The translations under genes and the position numbers were made by a program. DNA of 64,000 nt from Bacteroidota bacterium (GTDB lineage Bacteria; Bacteroidota; Bacteroidia; UKL13-3), in contig CANJUD010000004.1 of the NCBI GenBank assembly GCA_947477885.1, positions 36,997 through 100,996 on the forward strand, given 5' to 3'. Under the pieces are notes generated by a model that had not been told where the DNA came from, did no database searches, and was given only the letters and a program-made list of their open reading frames with translations. Of this stretch, positions 48,102 through 58,659 are shown in pieces (position 1 is the first letter of the stretch; every line of letters starts with the position of its first letter).

Positions 48102-50600
48102 CTATCCATCCCAATCAATCGAATCTCCCTTAACAGGCTCATCAGGCTTATCTTTCTGAGGATTTAGTTTATCATCATTCACATCTTTAAATTCCTTTTT
48201 GAATAATTCTTTCACCTTTTCTTTTTCTTCTTTGATGTTTTTAGATGCTTCTTTTTTAAATCCTTTTTTATCATAAGCAATTTTCACATCAGGAGGTACA
48301 CCCGTCATGTGCAAATAGAGGTAGATGCCTCGCCTGCCTTCGTCTATCAGTTCGCCAAACTCATCGCCGGTATTTTTAGCACGTTTCTTAAACAATACTT
48401 CATTCAGTTTTACTTTTATATAATAGTTCAAGTTATTATTAAAATCGTGTTCGCCTTTTATACTCAGGTTTATGGCATTCGATTGTATATTCATTTGCGA
48501 CATGTGTATGATGCCATCATATATCACAATATCATTTTCTAGTTTGCTAATTTTTAAGTTGCGGAGTTCGTTTACATCAATAAACTTGGCCATTTTAAGT
48601 GCAGGTTCAAAATTGTTCAATTCCCCATTTTCTATCTGCAAATGTCCTTCTGTTTTCATCTTTTTGCTTAGTACATTTAGTTTTTCATCAAAATATATAA
48701 ATGCCTGCAATCCTTTGATGGTAGATTTCCCGCCAATTTGTTTATAAGTTAGAACATCTTGCCCAAAGTTATTAAAGTCTTTAAAAAACTCACTCATGGA
48801 TATATCATATATATTGCCCTTTGTATCGAGTAAAAATCCATTTTCTATTTTTCTAAAATCTAAAGATTCAAAAACTATATTACCTCCAAACGCATTTGCT
48901 TTTAGGTTTTTTACAGTTATATATTGCTCACCCATTTGTGCAGTTGCAGTCGCATTCTTAAACATAAGTTTATTGAAATCGAATTGGTCGCAATCAAATT
49001 TTATTTTAGCTGAAACTCTTGGTGGAAAAGCAAAAGCACTATTTTGAGAGTCGCTAGTAAGACTACTTTTATATATAAAATGTTGTGATGAAAGGGCGGC
49101 ATTCAAATCTAAAATTCCCTTATTAAATATATAACCATACCAATTGCCAAGTTTCCCTTTCGCATCAAAATCGCTCTCATTAAAATAACCAGTAAATTTG
49201 TTCAGTTCTATATTGCTTTTGTTAAAAGTCAATACGCCATTCAAGTCTTTTAAATTATGCTCAGGCATATTATAACTTAGGTTATCAAATGAAATTTGTC
49301 CTTCTGCCTTAATATTTTCTTGAGCCGACTTACCTTTTACAGGATCATATATAATATTAATATTAGCATTTAATTTCCCCGATACCCTGAGCGATCCCGA
49401 ATTAGATTCGGGAGAAGGGTTGCTTTTTTTAGCCAATAAAAATTGCAAATCAGCAGCATCAATTTTAGCATTAAGTTTTGCTTCAATACTAGGATTGGTA
49501 AGGCCTTTAAGGTATAAGTTGCCCGCAATATTACTTTGCTTTATATTAGCAGTAAGGGTGGGAATATGTAATATACCGTCTTCTACATCGCTATTTTTTT
49601 CTATATGATATTCACCTTTTAAATTTATATTTTTTACCTGATATTTATCTTTATATAATACCCCATTTTTAACGCCAAAATTTACTTTAAACTCAGGTGA
49701 ATTATTCTTGTCTGTCCTGCCATTTAATTTGCAGTCTATATAAATATCACCCTCACTTTTGTATTCATTTGCATTGATAGATAGGCCTAGCAACGAAGCC
49801 AAAGAGGTGATTTTCATTTCTTGTCCTTTCACTGATATATCGATAGTTGACGCATTCCCATAATATATATTCCCCTCAATTCCTGTATTTAATTCTCCTG
49901 AAATAATGGTACTTTTTTGTATTGCAAATATTTCTTTATCAAAATTTACAGCACAATTCAAATAGCTTTTGAGAACTCTGTTTTTACAAATGAATATTTT
50001 ATTATTTTCTATTTCCAATTGATTAATATCGCTTCGCTGCTCAAATACAATTTCATTATTTTTTATGGTTCCTGTTGCTGTTAAACTATTGATATGAAAG
50101 GCAGTAACGATTTGATTTTGTATATGTTTAAAATTGATATTCCTGAGTTCAATATAATTTAATTTTAGCCAAAATTTACTGTCTGCTTTGCTGCTATCAG
50201 CTTTTACTATATCATAATTGTAATTCCCTCTTGCATCCACAAATCCGTCAATAGAGCCATTATCTAAAAGTATATTGGAGATTTGATAGTTTTTGGTCAT
50301 CACATCCCAAATATTAAAATTAATATAGGCATCTTTCACGATCAGCAAATTTCCTTTTCCTTGTTCAGGTTTATTGATGATACGAACTTGCTCCAAATGC
50401 AAACCAATATTGGGAAAATGCTTGAACATAGAAATCTCGACGGAGCCCACTTCTAATTTCGCATCGATTCTATTATTTATTTGTGCAACGGCATATTCTT
50501 TTAGGTCTTTGGCAAAATACCAAGCCAAACCATAACCTATCAAGGGCAGCGACAGGATAACAAATAAGCTAATCCACAGTATTTTTTTGAGACGTTTCAA
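48102..50600 (-). CDS. AsmA family protein
   Basis: N-terminal anchor, ISMFKHFPNIG, AsmA-like C-terminus; TTG start. Confidence 0.8.
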   Translation of the reverse strand: MKRLKKILWISLFVILSLPLIGYGLAWYFAKDLKEYAVAQINNRIDAKLEVGSVEISMFKHFPNIGLHLEQVRIINKPEQGKGNLLIVKDAYINFNIWDVMTKNYQISNILLDNGSIDGFVDARGNYNYDIVKADSSKADSKFWLKLNYIELRNINFKHIQNQIVTAFHINSLTATGTIKNNEIVFEQRSDINQLEIENNKIFICKNRVLKSYLNCAVNFDKEIFAIQKSTIISGELNTGIEGNIYYGNASTIDISVKGQEMKITSLASLLGLSINANEYKSEGDIYIDCKLNGRTDKNNSPEFKVNFGVKNGVLYKDKYQVKNINLKGEYHIEKNSDVEDGILHIPTLTANIKQSNIAGNLYLKGLTNPSIEAKLNAKIDAADLQFLLAKKSNPSPESNSGSLRVSGKLNANINIIYDPVKGKSAQENIKAEGQISFDNLSYNMPEHNLKDLNGVLTFNKSNIELNKFTGYFNESDFDAKGKLGNWYGYIFNKGILDLNAALSSQHFIYKSSLTSDSQNSAFAFPPRVSAKIKFDCDQFDFNKLMFKNATATAQMGEQYITVKNLKANAFGGNIVFESLDFRKIENGFLLDTKGNIYDISMSEFFKDFNNFGQDVLTYKQIGGKSTIKGLQAFIYFDEKLNVLSKKMKTEGHLQIENGELNNFEPALKMAKFIDVNELRNLKISKLENDIVIYDGIIHMSQMNIQSNAINLSIKGEHDFNNNLNYYIKVKLNEVLFKKRAKNTGDEFGELIDEGRRGIYLYLHMTGVPPDVKIAYDKKGFKKEASKNIKEEKEKVKELFKKEFKDVNDDKLNPQKDKPDEPVKGDSIDWDG
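49381..49419 (-). repeat. REP with nested palindrome, in frame within the asmA gene
   Basis: Minus strand cccttc[tcccgaatctaattcggga]tcgctcagggtatc; lies within NPSPESNSGSLRVS. Confidence 0.7.
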
Positions 50601-50748
50601 TGGGTAAATATATTAACGCAAAAAACGATATTATATTGCAAGAATGGGTAATATAATAATCAACAATAGTAAACTAAAAGGGGAGGGGTGACCTTAAAAA
50701 TGGATATATATACTTGCCCATTTACTCGGCTTTGTCTACATTTGCATC

Positions 50749-51405
50749 ATGATTGTTGAAATGCATCCATATCCTTATTATAGTGATAATTTAAAGCAGA
50801 ATGAGCCGCTTCATTTTTTTATAGCCAATACATTCAAGTCATTTCAAAAGGAATTTGATTTGATGGCCAGTAATTTATTTATGGAGCCTAAAAAACTAGA
50901 AGAGCAAGCATTTGAACAGGTTGATAGTTCGTGGCTGGGTTTGATGAATAGTGCCATAGTAAAGTATTTTGGAGATGATGTAACTTGTCTACAGGAATTT
51001 ACTTCGCTCGATAATAAAGAAAATAAAACCCGATGCGATTTCATGGCTCGTTTATTATATCCAAAAACTCCAATCGATGTTTTATTTGAAGTTAAAACAC
51101 AAGCTGAAACCAAAGAAAATTTAATGCTTGATTTCGGTTTTAAAAATGAAAAAGAGCAACTAAGATTGTATTATAAAGATGCCAGGGCAAATTATTTAAA
51201 AAAGGCATACGCTATGCCTATTTGCTTTGGTGTTCTAGGCAATTCAGAGATGGTAAAAGAGGCAATAAAAACTTATCCCAAAGGCTATAAAGAAAAAAAT
51301 CCACTTACTGATTTTTGTGTGATATATCATAATACAAGAAAAAGTAAAGGCTTGTGGGTATATGGAAAAATCAATATTCCACAAGGAGCAATTGTATATT
51401 CGTAA
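50749..51405 (+). CDS. Paralog of the island PD-(D/E)XK-like protein
   Basis: WLG..N.AI, LQEF, RCDF, LFEVK, PICFG, TDFC, GLWVYGKI shared with 35071-35772. Confidence 0.65.
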   Translation: MIVEMHPYPYYSDNLKQNEPLHFFIANTFKSFQKEFDLMASNLFMEPKKLEEQAFEQVDSSWLGLMNSAIVKYFGDDVTCLQEFTSLDNKENKTRCDFMARLLYPKTPIDVLFEVKTQAETKENLMLDFGFKNEKEQLRLYYKDARANYLKKAYAMPICFGVLGNSEMVKEAIKTYPKGYKEKNPLTDFCVIYHNTRKSKGLWVYGKINIPQGAIVYS

Positions 51406-51414
51406 ATTAATTTT

Positions 51415-52251
51415 ATGATTGAATTTCCCAATGCAAAAATAAATTTAGGTCTGCGGGTGTTGCATAAACGCCCAGATGGGTACCACGATATTGAAAGTAT
51501 ATTTTTGCCCGTGCCTTGGTGTGATAATTTGGAAATAATACAAAATAAAAGTACGGATAAAATTACTTGGAAGAATTATGGTTTGAATATTCATGGAAAT
51601 CCAAATGATAATTTAATTTCAAAGGCATACAATCTACTCGACAAAGATTTTAGTTTACCTCCAGTCAATATAAATTTATTAAAGCAAATTCCTATGGGAG
51701 CGGGAATGGGCGGAGGCTCTAGCAATGCAGCATTTGCACTTAAAGCATTCAATAATATATTTAATTTAAGTTTAAACGATGCCCAACTTATGCAGTGCGC
51801 ATCTCAATTAGGTGCTGATTGTAGTTTCTTTATTCAAAACAAACCCGCTGCAGTGCATGGTATAGGCGATAAAATTTCTATCATAGATTTTAAATGGCCT
51901 TGCAACTATATATATATAGTTTACCCTCCTTATCATATTAACACCGCAGATGCATATAAAAATATGATACCAAAAGATATATATGATACTACATTAATCG
52001 AATTAATAAAACAACCTATACAAATCTGGAAAGATACTATTTTCAATGATTTTGAGAACTACGCATTTAGTATATATCCAGAAATATTAGCTTTGAAAAA
52101 TAAAATCTATAATAGTGGTGCTTTGTATGCTTCTATGACTGGGAGTGGATCAGCGGTTTATGGTTTTTTTGATAATAAGGAGCATATAGACCTCCCAAAA
52201 AACTATAACTGTAAATGGCTAGAGATAAAGCCCGCTAAGGGACGCAGGTAA
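51415..52251 (+). CDS. ispE: 4-diphosphocytidyl-2-C-methyl-D-erythritol kinase
   Basis: AKINLGL, KQIPMGAGMGGGSSNAA, MTGSGS. Confidence 0.96.
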   Translation: MIEFPNAKINLGLRVLHKRPDGYHDIESIFLPVPWCDNLEIIQNKSTDKITWKNYGLNIHGNPNDNLISKAYNLLDKDFSLPPVNINLLKQIPMGAGMGGGSSNAAFALKAFNNIFNLSLNDAQLMQCASQLGADCSFFIQNKPAAVHGIGDKISIIDFKWPCNYIYIVYPPYHINTADAYKNMIPKDIYDTTLIELIKQPIQIWKDTIFNDFENYAFSIYPEILALKNKIYNSGALYASMTGSGSAVYGFFDNKEHIDLPKNYNCKWLEIKPAKGRR

Positions 52252-52889
52252 GCTCAATTACCAATGCTGGTTTAGTTAAGGTATTAAGAGGAAGACCCAC
52301 ACCTAAAGAAATAGAGAATCTCCTAGTAACAAAATATACAATCCCCATTACTGCTTGGCTTTGCGTATTTTTTCTCACACATCGTGTGCAACTTTTTACT
52401 TATTTCGTAATCAAAACCGCACATCACGCCTGGGGTCAGATTGGTTCCATCGTAATACTTACTGGCATAATATGCACCAGCGTATAGTTTCAATCCATCA
52501 ATCCGAGGTTGATATACAAAATTTTGGAAAATCCACATTCCATTTTTAATAGCAGCGTCGTTTCGCCCCAATTGAATACCAGTAGCAGTTTTTATTCTTT
52601 TGGTTAAAATGAACTCTTTTTGGACATTAATACATATCACCGAACTTGCATAATGCCCATGCTTAATGGAAAAATTGGTTTGGAAGACATTCATGCATAT
52701 TTCAAAACCTTTACCCAAGCCATAATCTAATGTGAGATTAGAAATATGTTGATTATTGAAATTTAACTGTTCCTGAACAAATAATTTATACCTAGTCGTA
52801 ATATCAGATGAAGGAGCATTAAACAAGCTTTGTTGGCTAATAGCAGAATTGTATAATATTAAAAAGTAAATTAAGGCTTGTAAACGCAT
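52235..52889 (-). pseudogene. Frameshifted secreted/outer-membrane beta-strand protein
   Basis: Frame shifts at ~52372-52376; the alternative frame continues KNTQSQAVMGIVYFVTRRFSISLGVGLP...LVIELTCVP*. Confidence 0.6.
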
Positions 52890-52947
52890 CAATATAAATT
52901 GGGACAAAGGAAACTCCAATAAGCTTTGAATTCTTAATTAGCATGCA

Positions 52948-52979
52948 TAAAAAAGCCCAATACAAGAGTATTAGGCTTT
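52948..52979 (-). terminator. Intrinsic terminator
   Basis: aaagcccaatac...gtattaggcttt stem with a minus-strand T tract. Confidence 0.6.
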
Positions 52980-53004
52980 AAATATTGTAAATACAATCAG
53001 ATTC

Positions 53005-53397
53005 TTAAATTTTGGTTATTCTTTTTGTTATTTTAGATGCATTACCATTGTTGAAAGTAACAATTTCCATCAAATAAATACCAGATGGCAAATCGCTAAG
53101 GTCTATTTCAAATTTAGGGCTAATGTTGTTCGTTTCTGTAATAAAGGCATTAATCATTTCTTTACCGATAAGGTTTCTAAAATGAATCTCTACCTGAGAA
53201 GTACCAAGCTTGTCGAAATTAATCTCGATATTAATATTTTTCGCAACAGGATTGGGATAATAGTTCATTTTGAAATTAGGCTCCCCAAAAACATCGGCAG
53301 GCTGATTCACATCTACTGGAGATGAAATGGGTTTAACAGCTGCAATAGCATACTGAAGGTTAAAAGCAATAAAAATAATAAGTAGAATTTGTTTCAT
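53005..53397 (-). CDS. Small T9SS type A sorting-domain protein
   Basis: YYPNPV...IDLSDLPSGIYLMEI...KRITK. Confidence 0.85.
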   Translation of the reverse strand: MKQILLIIFIAFNLQYAIAAVKPISSPVDVNQPADVFGEPNFKMNYYPNPVAKNINIEINFDKLGTSQVEIHFRNLIGKEMINAFITETNNISPKFEIDLSDLPSGIYLMEIVTFNNGNASKITKRITKI

Positions 53398-53439
53398 GTG
53401 TTTTTAGGTTGATATTTACAAAACTAAGTGATGTTTGAT

Positions 53440-54426
53440 TTAGTTACCAAATTTATTTTCGTTGTTAACATTTATTGATGCCCTTCGAAGTCTGTCGTTT
53501 ATTGCTAATCCTATGCCAAAGCTTGGAGCAGGTTCAGCAAATATTTTATCCACTTCCATGCTGTCTATTTTTCTGAGCATCTCAAAAAGGTTCTTTGCAG
53601 CCTCTTCTAAATTGCCTGACTTGCTAAGTATAAATTGGGTTGCTTCAGGTACAAATATTTTATAATTTTGGAAATTAAGCAATACATTATTGGGAGAATT
53701 TCTTACACCTGATTCTAAGGTTATTTCGCCAAAAATTAAAGTTGTTTTTGGTGCGTAATGACTACTTAGCATGCCCGGAGCAATAATATTTTCAAATGGC
53801 GCAATAGTTGGAGTTCTAATTATATCAATGTAGTTAGAAATTTGCTCTTGCGTAATAGCTCCAAATCTGAGAATTTCAGCCTGCTTGTCCACAAATGAAA
53901 CAATTGTAGATTCTAATCCAATCTTACATGGCCCTCCATCTAATATATAACTAATCTTGTCACCTAAATTTTCTTGTACATGCTCTGCTTTGGTCGGACT
54001 TATATACCCTGATGGGTTAGCACTGGGCGCAGCTAAAGGGAAATCTAGCAACTCTAATAATTGTAGGGTAACAGGATGATTGGGAACCCGTAAGGCAACT
54101 GATGAATGCCCTGCTGTTGTTAGGTCAGGAACAATTGCTTGTTTGGGTAAAACCAATGTAATAGGGCCTGGCCAAAAAGTCTCAGCTAATATTTTTGCTC
54201 CGTGTGGGATATCCTTGGCGAATCTTTGCATTTGTGCAGCATTTGCCAAGTGCAAAATCAAAGGATTAAAACTGGGTCGTTGTTTTATTTCATATATTTT
54301 GGCTACAGCATCCGTATTTAATGCATTTGCGGCAAGACCATACACTGTTTCAGTTGGGATAGCTACAACTCCGCCATTCCTCAATATTTCGGCAGCAAGC
54401 TCAATATCATGACCGATCTCGGCCAT
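53440..54426 (-). CDS. sua5: Threonylcarbamoyl-AMP synthase (Sua5 type)
   Basis: PTETVYGL, KQRPSFNPL, PSANPSG, PGMLSSHY, DRLRRA. Confidence 0.95.
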   Translation of the reverse strand: MAEIGHDIELAAEILRNGGVVAIPTETVYGLAANALNTDAVAKIYEIKQRPSFNPLILHLANAAQMQRFAKDIPHGAKILAETFWPGPITLVLPKQAIVPDLTTAGHSSVALRVPNHPVTLQLLELLDFPLAAPSANPSGYISPTKAEHVQENLGDKISYILDGGPCKIGLESTIVSFVDKQAEILRFGAITQEQISNYIDIIRTPTIAPFENIIAPGMLSSHYAPKTTLIFGEITLESGVRNSPNNVLLNFQNYKIFVPEATQFILSKSGNLEEAAKNLFEMLRKIDSMEVDKIFAEPAPSFGIGLAINDRLRRASINVNNENKFGN

Positions 54427-55431
54427 TTAAAAGAAACATTCACAATTAAGTCGTTCAGAGAATGCCAAGTAAATAATCTCACTAATTAATTTCCAATCAT
54501 CTGGCTTTAATATTTTTTCTAAATCTTCTTTCTTTATCCAATACATTTCATCTACAAACGCATTTTCACTTCCAATACCGGTTGGGTCGTATAATGGACT
54601 AATTGCAAAAAGCATGGTGTTAATGCTTCCGGTTAGAGGGTCATTTACTATTTTTATGATAAATCCAAAACCCATCAGTGAATCAGTAATAAAAGGTATT
54701 TGATAAGCAGAGTCATAATCAAATTCAGGATTGCTAGGATCTGGTTTAATACGGATATTGCGAATCATTTGAAAACGGGATTTTACATCAGCACCAATCA
54801 ACTTATTAGTAAACTCTATATTTTCCCAAATCGTCGCACGATCAGATATTGCAGCATTATAAAGCTCAGGGCCAAATGCTTTATATTTTTTCCAACGGTC
54901 TGCAAACATTGAACTAATCGTTACGATATCTTTGGTCCCGCTTGTGAAATTTTCTATAGTTTTCCATTCATATTCTCCCAATAAAGCGTTGAACTGCCCA
55001 GCATTCACATAGCCTAGCAACAGCATATTGTCTTCACCATCTTTGGGGCGTTTATAATACCAAGCATATAAGGTAGGATTTACTCTTTTAAAACCCCATA
55101 ACCAAGTACCTTCAAAAGTTACCATCTCTGTGGTATCGCAGGTCTTATATATTTTCTCTTTTTCAAAATATACATCTTTGGTTACCTTAATACTATATTG
55201 TCCTATTTTTTTTAATTCAGCAGGTGTATATGTTTTTTGCAATTTATCGTCTTTATATACATAAATTTTATTCTGACTTATCGCATTATAAGTTTTTAAT
55301 GATATAGATTTAAATATACCCGAATAAAATCGATGAATGGCACGTTTAGAAGCTTGTACTACAATTTGGTCTTGTGCATTTAAGTTAATTGTAACAGCAA
55401 TGAGAAGAGATAAAATAATATTTTTTTTCAT
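54427..55431 (-). CDS. Secreted protein, weakly GldN/PorN-like
   Basis: Signal peptide; C-terminal DPLTGSINTMLFAISP...MYWI..EDL resembles the GldN C-terminal motif. Confidence 0.5.
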   Translation of the reverse strand: MKKNIILSLLIAVTINLNAQDQIVVQASKRAIHRFYSGIFKSISLKTYNAISQNKIYVYKDDKLQKTYTPAELKKIGQYSIKVTKDVYFEKEKIYKTCDTTEMVTFEGTWLWGFKRVNPTLYAWYYKRPKDGEDNMLLLGYVNAGQFNALLGEYEWKTIENFTSGTKDIVTISSMFADRWKKYKAFGPELYNAAISDRATIWENIEFTNKLIGADVKSRFQMIRNIRIKPDPSNPEFDYDSAYQIPFITDSLMGFGFIIKIVNDPLTGSINTMLFAISPLYDPTGIGSENAFVDEMYWIKKEDLEKILKPDDWKLISEIIYLAFSERLNCECFF

Positions 55432-55437
55432 AATAAT

Positions 55438-56418
55438 TTAGATATGATGTTGGATCGCTTCTTCCAATAATTGTTCCTTTTTAATTGGCACAACACCCAA
55501 ATACTCGCAAACTAAACCACCAGCAAGATTTGACAATTGAACCACACGATCCACCGGTAAATTTAATGCCAAGCAAAGTGAAGCTACACTAATTACTGTA
55601 TCTCCAGCACCGGAAACGTCGGCAATAGTGCGTAAATGGGCAGGAATAATACTTCGTTGCCCGTTTAAACTATAATATACACCATGCTCACTTAATGTGA
55701 TCATTGAGATTTGATGTGGCATTTGTTCTTGCAGATGCTTAATAGCACTGTGTATAGAATCACCATCTGGTTTTATGGAGATTGTTTTTAGGCCATCAGC
55801 TAATTCTTTTAAATTGGGTTTAAACAGCGATACGCCTTTGTATGAAAGGAAATTACGTTTTTTAGGGTCGGCTACTGTGGGTATATTATATTTTTCGCTT
55901 AAGTTGATAATTTCCTCAATTACTCTCTGTGTAATTACACCTTTATCATAGTCTGAAAATATAACCACATTGGCTTGAGGGAGCAGTTTCGTTACTTTCT
56001 CAAGTAATTGGTTTTCTTCATCAGTATTCAGTAAATCTGTTATTTCCTGATCTATTCGAAGCATTTGGTGATTATTACCAATTACCCTGGTCTTTACAGT
56101 TGTCTGCCGGTCGGTTGATGAAACAATACCAGTATCAGCAAGTCCGTTTTCTTTTAATAGGTATTTAAATATTTGAGCATCGTTATCATTACCAATTACA
56201 GAGCAAAGCAGGGGAGTAGCCCCTAATGATTTAATATTGAGTGCCACATTGGCTGCTCCGCCCATCCTGTTTTCTTTTTTGTTAAGCGTAACAACAGGTA
56301 CAGGTGCTTCTGGAGAAATTCGGTCAACTTTGCCCAAATAGTAGGCGTCAATCATCACATCGCCAACAATTAGGGCTTTTAAATTGGTAAAGTCTTCGAA
56401 TATTTGATTGATTTCCAT
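55438..56418 (-). CDS. D-glycero-beta-D-manno-heptose-7-phosphate kinase (RfaE domain I, PfkB family)
   Basis: GDVMID, RISPEAPVPV, GGAANVA, SDYDKG, DVSGAGD. Confidence 0.93.
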   Translation of the reverse strand: MEINQIFEDFTNLKALIVGDVMIDAYYLGKVDRISPEAPVPVVTLNKKENRMGGAANVALNIKSLGATPLLCSVIGNDNDAQIFKYLLKENGLADTGIVSSTDRQTTVKTRVIGNNHQMLRIDQEITDLLNTDEENQLLEKVTKLLPQANVVIFSDYDKGVITQRVIEEIINLSEKYNIPTVADPKKRNFLSYKGVSLFKPNLKELADGLKTISIKPDGDSIHSAIKHLQEQMPHQISMITLSEHGVYYSLNGQRSIIPAHLRTIADVSGAGDTVISVASLCLALNLPVDRVVQLSNLAGGLVCEYLGVVPIKKEQLLEEAIQHHI

Positions 56419-56426
56419 TTCGTTTT

Positions 56427-57620
56427 TTAATGCAATTTTGCTAAAGCTGTCTTAAGACGTTCAACGGCTTCAATTAGTTTCTCATCGGCTGCTGCATAGC
56501 TAAATCTTAAGCAATTTGCATCGCCAAATGCATCACCTGATACCAAGCTAACATAAGCATTATTTAGCAGATACATACATAAATCTTCGCTGTTAGTGAT
56601 ATGGTTTGTACCATCAGTTTTACCAAAAAAATCCCTCACATTTGGAAACAGATAAAATGCTCCACCAGGGATATTGGTTTTCATGCCGGGTATTTGTTTC
56701 ATCATGTCCAACACCAAATTACGCCTACGCAAATAAGCATCTCGCATGTCCCAAGTGGGTTGCAAATTGCTATTAAGTGCTGCAATTGATGCTCGCTGCG
56801 CAATAGAACAAGCCCCACTGGTAAATTGGCCTTGCATTTTCTCGCAACTTTGAGCTATAAGTTTACTGGCACCGATATAACCAATTCGCCAACCAGTCAT
56901 GGCAAATCCTTTGGAAACTCCATTTACAGTAATTACACGTTCAAATATTGATTCAAATTGAGCGATGCTTTCATGTTTACCCACAAAATTAATGTGTTCA
57001 TATATTTCATCCGATATGATATATATATCGGGATATCGAGCAAATACTTCTGCGAGTGCGGCTAGTTCTTCTTTAGTATATAAGCTCCCAGTAGGATTGC
57101 AGGGCGAGGAAAAAATAAACAAGCTAGTTTTGGGTGTAATAGCTGCTTCTAATTGCGCAGGTGTAATCTTAAAATCATTCTCAACCGAAGTCTGAATATG
57201 AATAGGGTTGCCTTCAGCTAGTCTTACCATCGCGCCATAACTTACCCAGTATGGATTTGGAATGATAACTTCATCACCAGGATTCACAGTGCATAGCACC
57301 ACGTTCATAATACTATGTTTAGCACCAACACTCACCACTATCTGATCGGTAGGATAATTTAGATTGTTTTCCCTCGCAAATTTATCTGAAATGGCTTGTC
57401 TAAGTTCAGGATAGCCAGCTACTGGAGTGTATAATGTAAAACCTTCATCAATAGCAGCCTTTGCAGCATCTTTAATATGCTGCGGGGTTTGAAAATCAGG
57501 CTCTCCGAAACTTAGATTAATTACGTCATGCCCTTTGGCAGCAAGCTCGCGGCCCAACTTGGCCATGCCTATGGTTTGTGATTCGTTGAAACGGTTGAGT
57601 CTGTTGGCTAAGTGCAGCAT
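56427..57620 (-). CDS. Aspartate aminotransferase (class I/II)
   Basis: GEPDF, SPCNPTG, DEIYE, NGVSKGFAMTGWRIGY. Confidence 0.93.
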   Translation of the reverse strand: MLHLANRLNRFNESQTIGMAKLGRELAAKGHDVINLSFGEPDFQTPQHIKDAAKAAIDEGFTLYTPVAGYPELRQAISDKFARENNLNYPTDQIVVSVGAKHSIMNVVLCTVNPGDEVIIPNPYWVSYGAMVRLAEGNPIHIQTSVENDFKITPAQLEAAITPKTSLFIFSSPCNPTGSLYTKEELAALAEVFARYPDIYIISDEIYEHINFVGKHESIAQFESIFERVITVNGVSKGFAMTGWRIGYIGASKLIAQSCEKMQGQFTSGACSIAQRASIAALNSNLQPTWDMRDAYLRRRNLVLDMMKQIPGMKTNIPGGAFYLFPNVRDFFGKTDGTNHITNSEDLCMYLLNNAYVSLVSGDAFGDANCLRFSYAAADEKLIEAVERLKTALAKLH

Positions 57621-57701
57621 ATAATTGTATAAAAGGCTGCGAAGATACGGATAGTGTTATTTTGAATAATAAATTTTGTTCACTGATGTCCAATTAAATT
57701 G

Positions 57702-58436
57702 TCACACCAAATCGTGCTGCTCATCTGAAAACATCAAATGATTTGCCTGAATATCTTCCATTAATTTTTTCTCCATTACCAGATTATATACAAATTCCAT
57801 TTGTTGCTCTTTAGTCCAATGTGAATTATCCAAAACTATTGCATCATCGGCTTGCTGAAGCGGGCTTTCTTTGCGGGAAGAATCTATATGGTCGCGCTCG
57901 CTCAAATTTTGTTTTACTTCATCCATAGTTACATCTTCGCCTTTGGCCTGTAACTCTTTATAACGCCTTTGTGCACGTATTTCAGGGTTTGCTGTCATAA
58001 ATATTTTTAGTTCAGCATTTGGGAAAACAGCAGTGCCAATATCGCGACCATCCATTACAATCGCTTTCGATTTGCTCATTTGTTTTTGAAGGGCTACCAT
58101 GGCATTGCGAACTTCTTTTATTGTGCTAACATTACTCACATGCATCGAAACATTCATTCCTCTGATTTTGTCTTCCACATTTTCGCCATTTAAATAGGTA
58201 TCACTGTTTTTTGATTCTGTATTAAAATGAAATTCAATATGAATATTTGATAATTCTGCTAAAACTATTTCAGGCTTAGTATAATCCAAATGTTTGCTCA
58301 TGAAATGAAAAGTAACAGCTCTATACATAGCTCCAGAATCAATATAGCGATAATGAAGTTTTTTAGCCAAGTCTTTGGCCATGGTGCTTTTACCGCAACT
58401 AGAAAAGCCATCAATTGCTATGATTATTTTACGCAT
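57702..58436 (-). CDS. cmk: Cytidylate kinase
   Basis: IAIDGFSSCGKST, DSGAMYR, MDGRDIGT. Confidence 0.96.
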   Translation of the reverse strand: MRKIIIAIDGFSSCGKSTMAKDLAKKLHYRYIDSGAMYRAVTFHFMSKHLDYTKPEIVLAELSNIHIEFHFNTESKNSDTYLNGENVEDKIRGMNVSMHVSNVSTIKEVRNAMVALQKQMSKSKAIVMDGRDIGTAVFPNAELKIFMTANPEIRAQRRYKELQAKGEDVTMDEVKQNLSERDHIDSSRKESPLQQADDAIVLDNSHWTKEQQMEFVYNLVMEKKLMEDIQANHLMFSDEQHDLV

Positions 58437-58659
58437 AGATTTCACTTCAAAATTGAGCAAATTATTTTATAAAAGCAAACATTATTTTTTAAGCATACAA
58501 TGCATAAATACAGAAGCGGTTATGTTAATCGTGACTCAATGATTAAATATAAGTAATTATGAATCAATAATAAATGCAATATATTCCCACTCATAATTTA
58601 TATTATGTTAAGTTGTCAATCGAACTTACAACTGATCATCTTAAATGTTTATACTTTAT

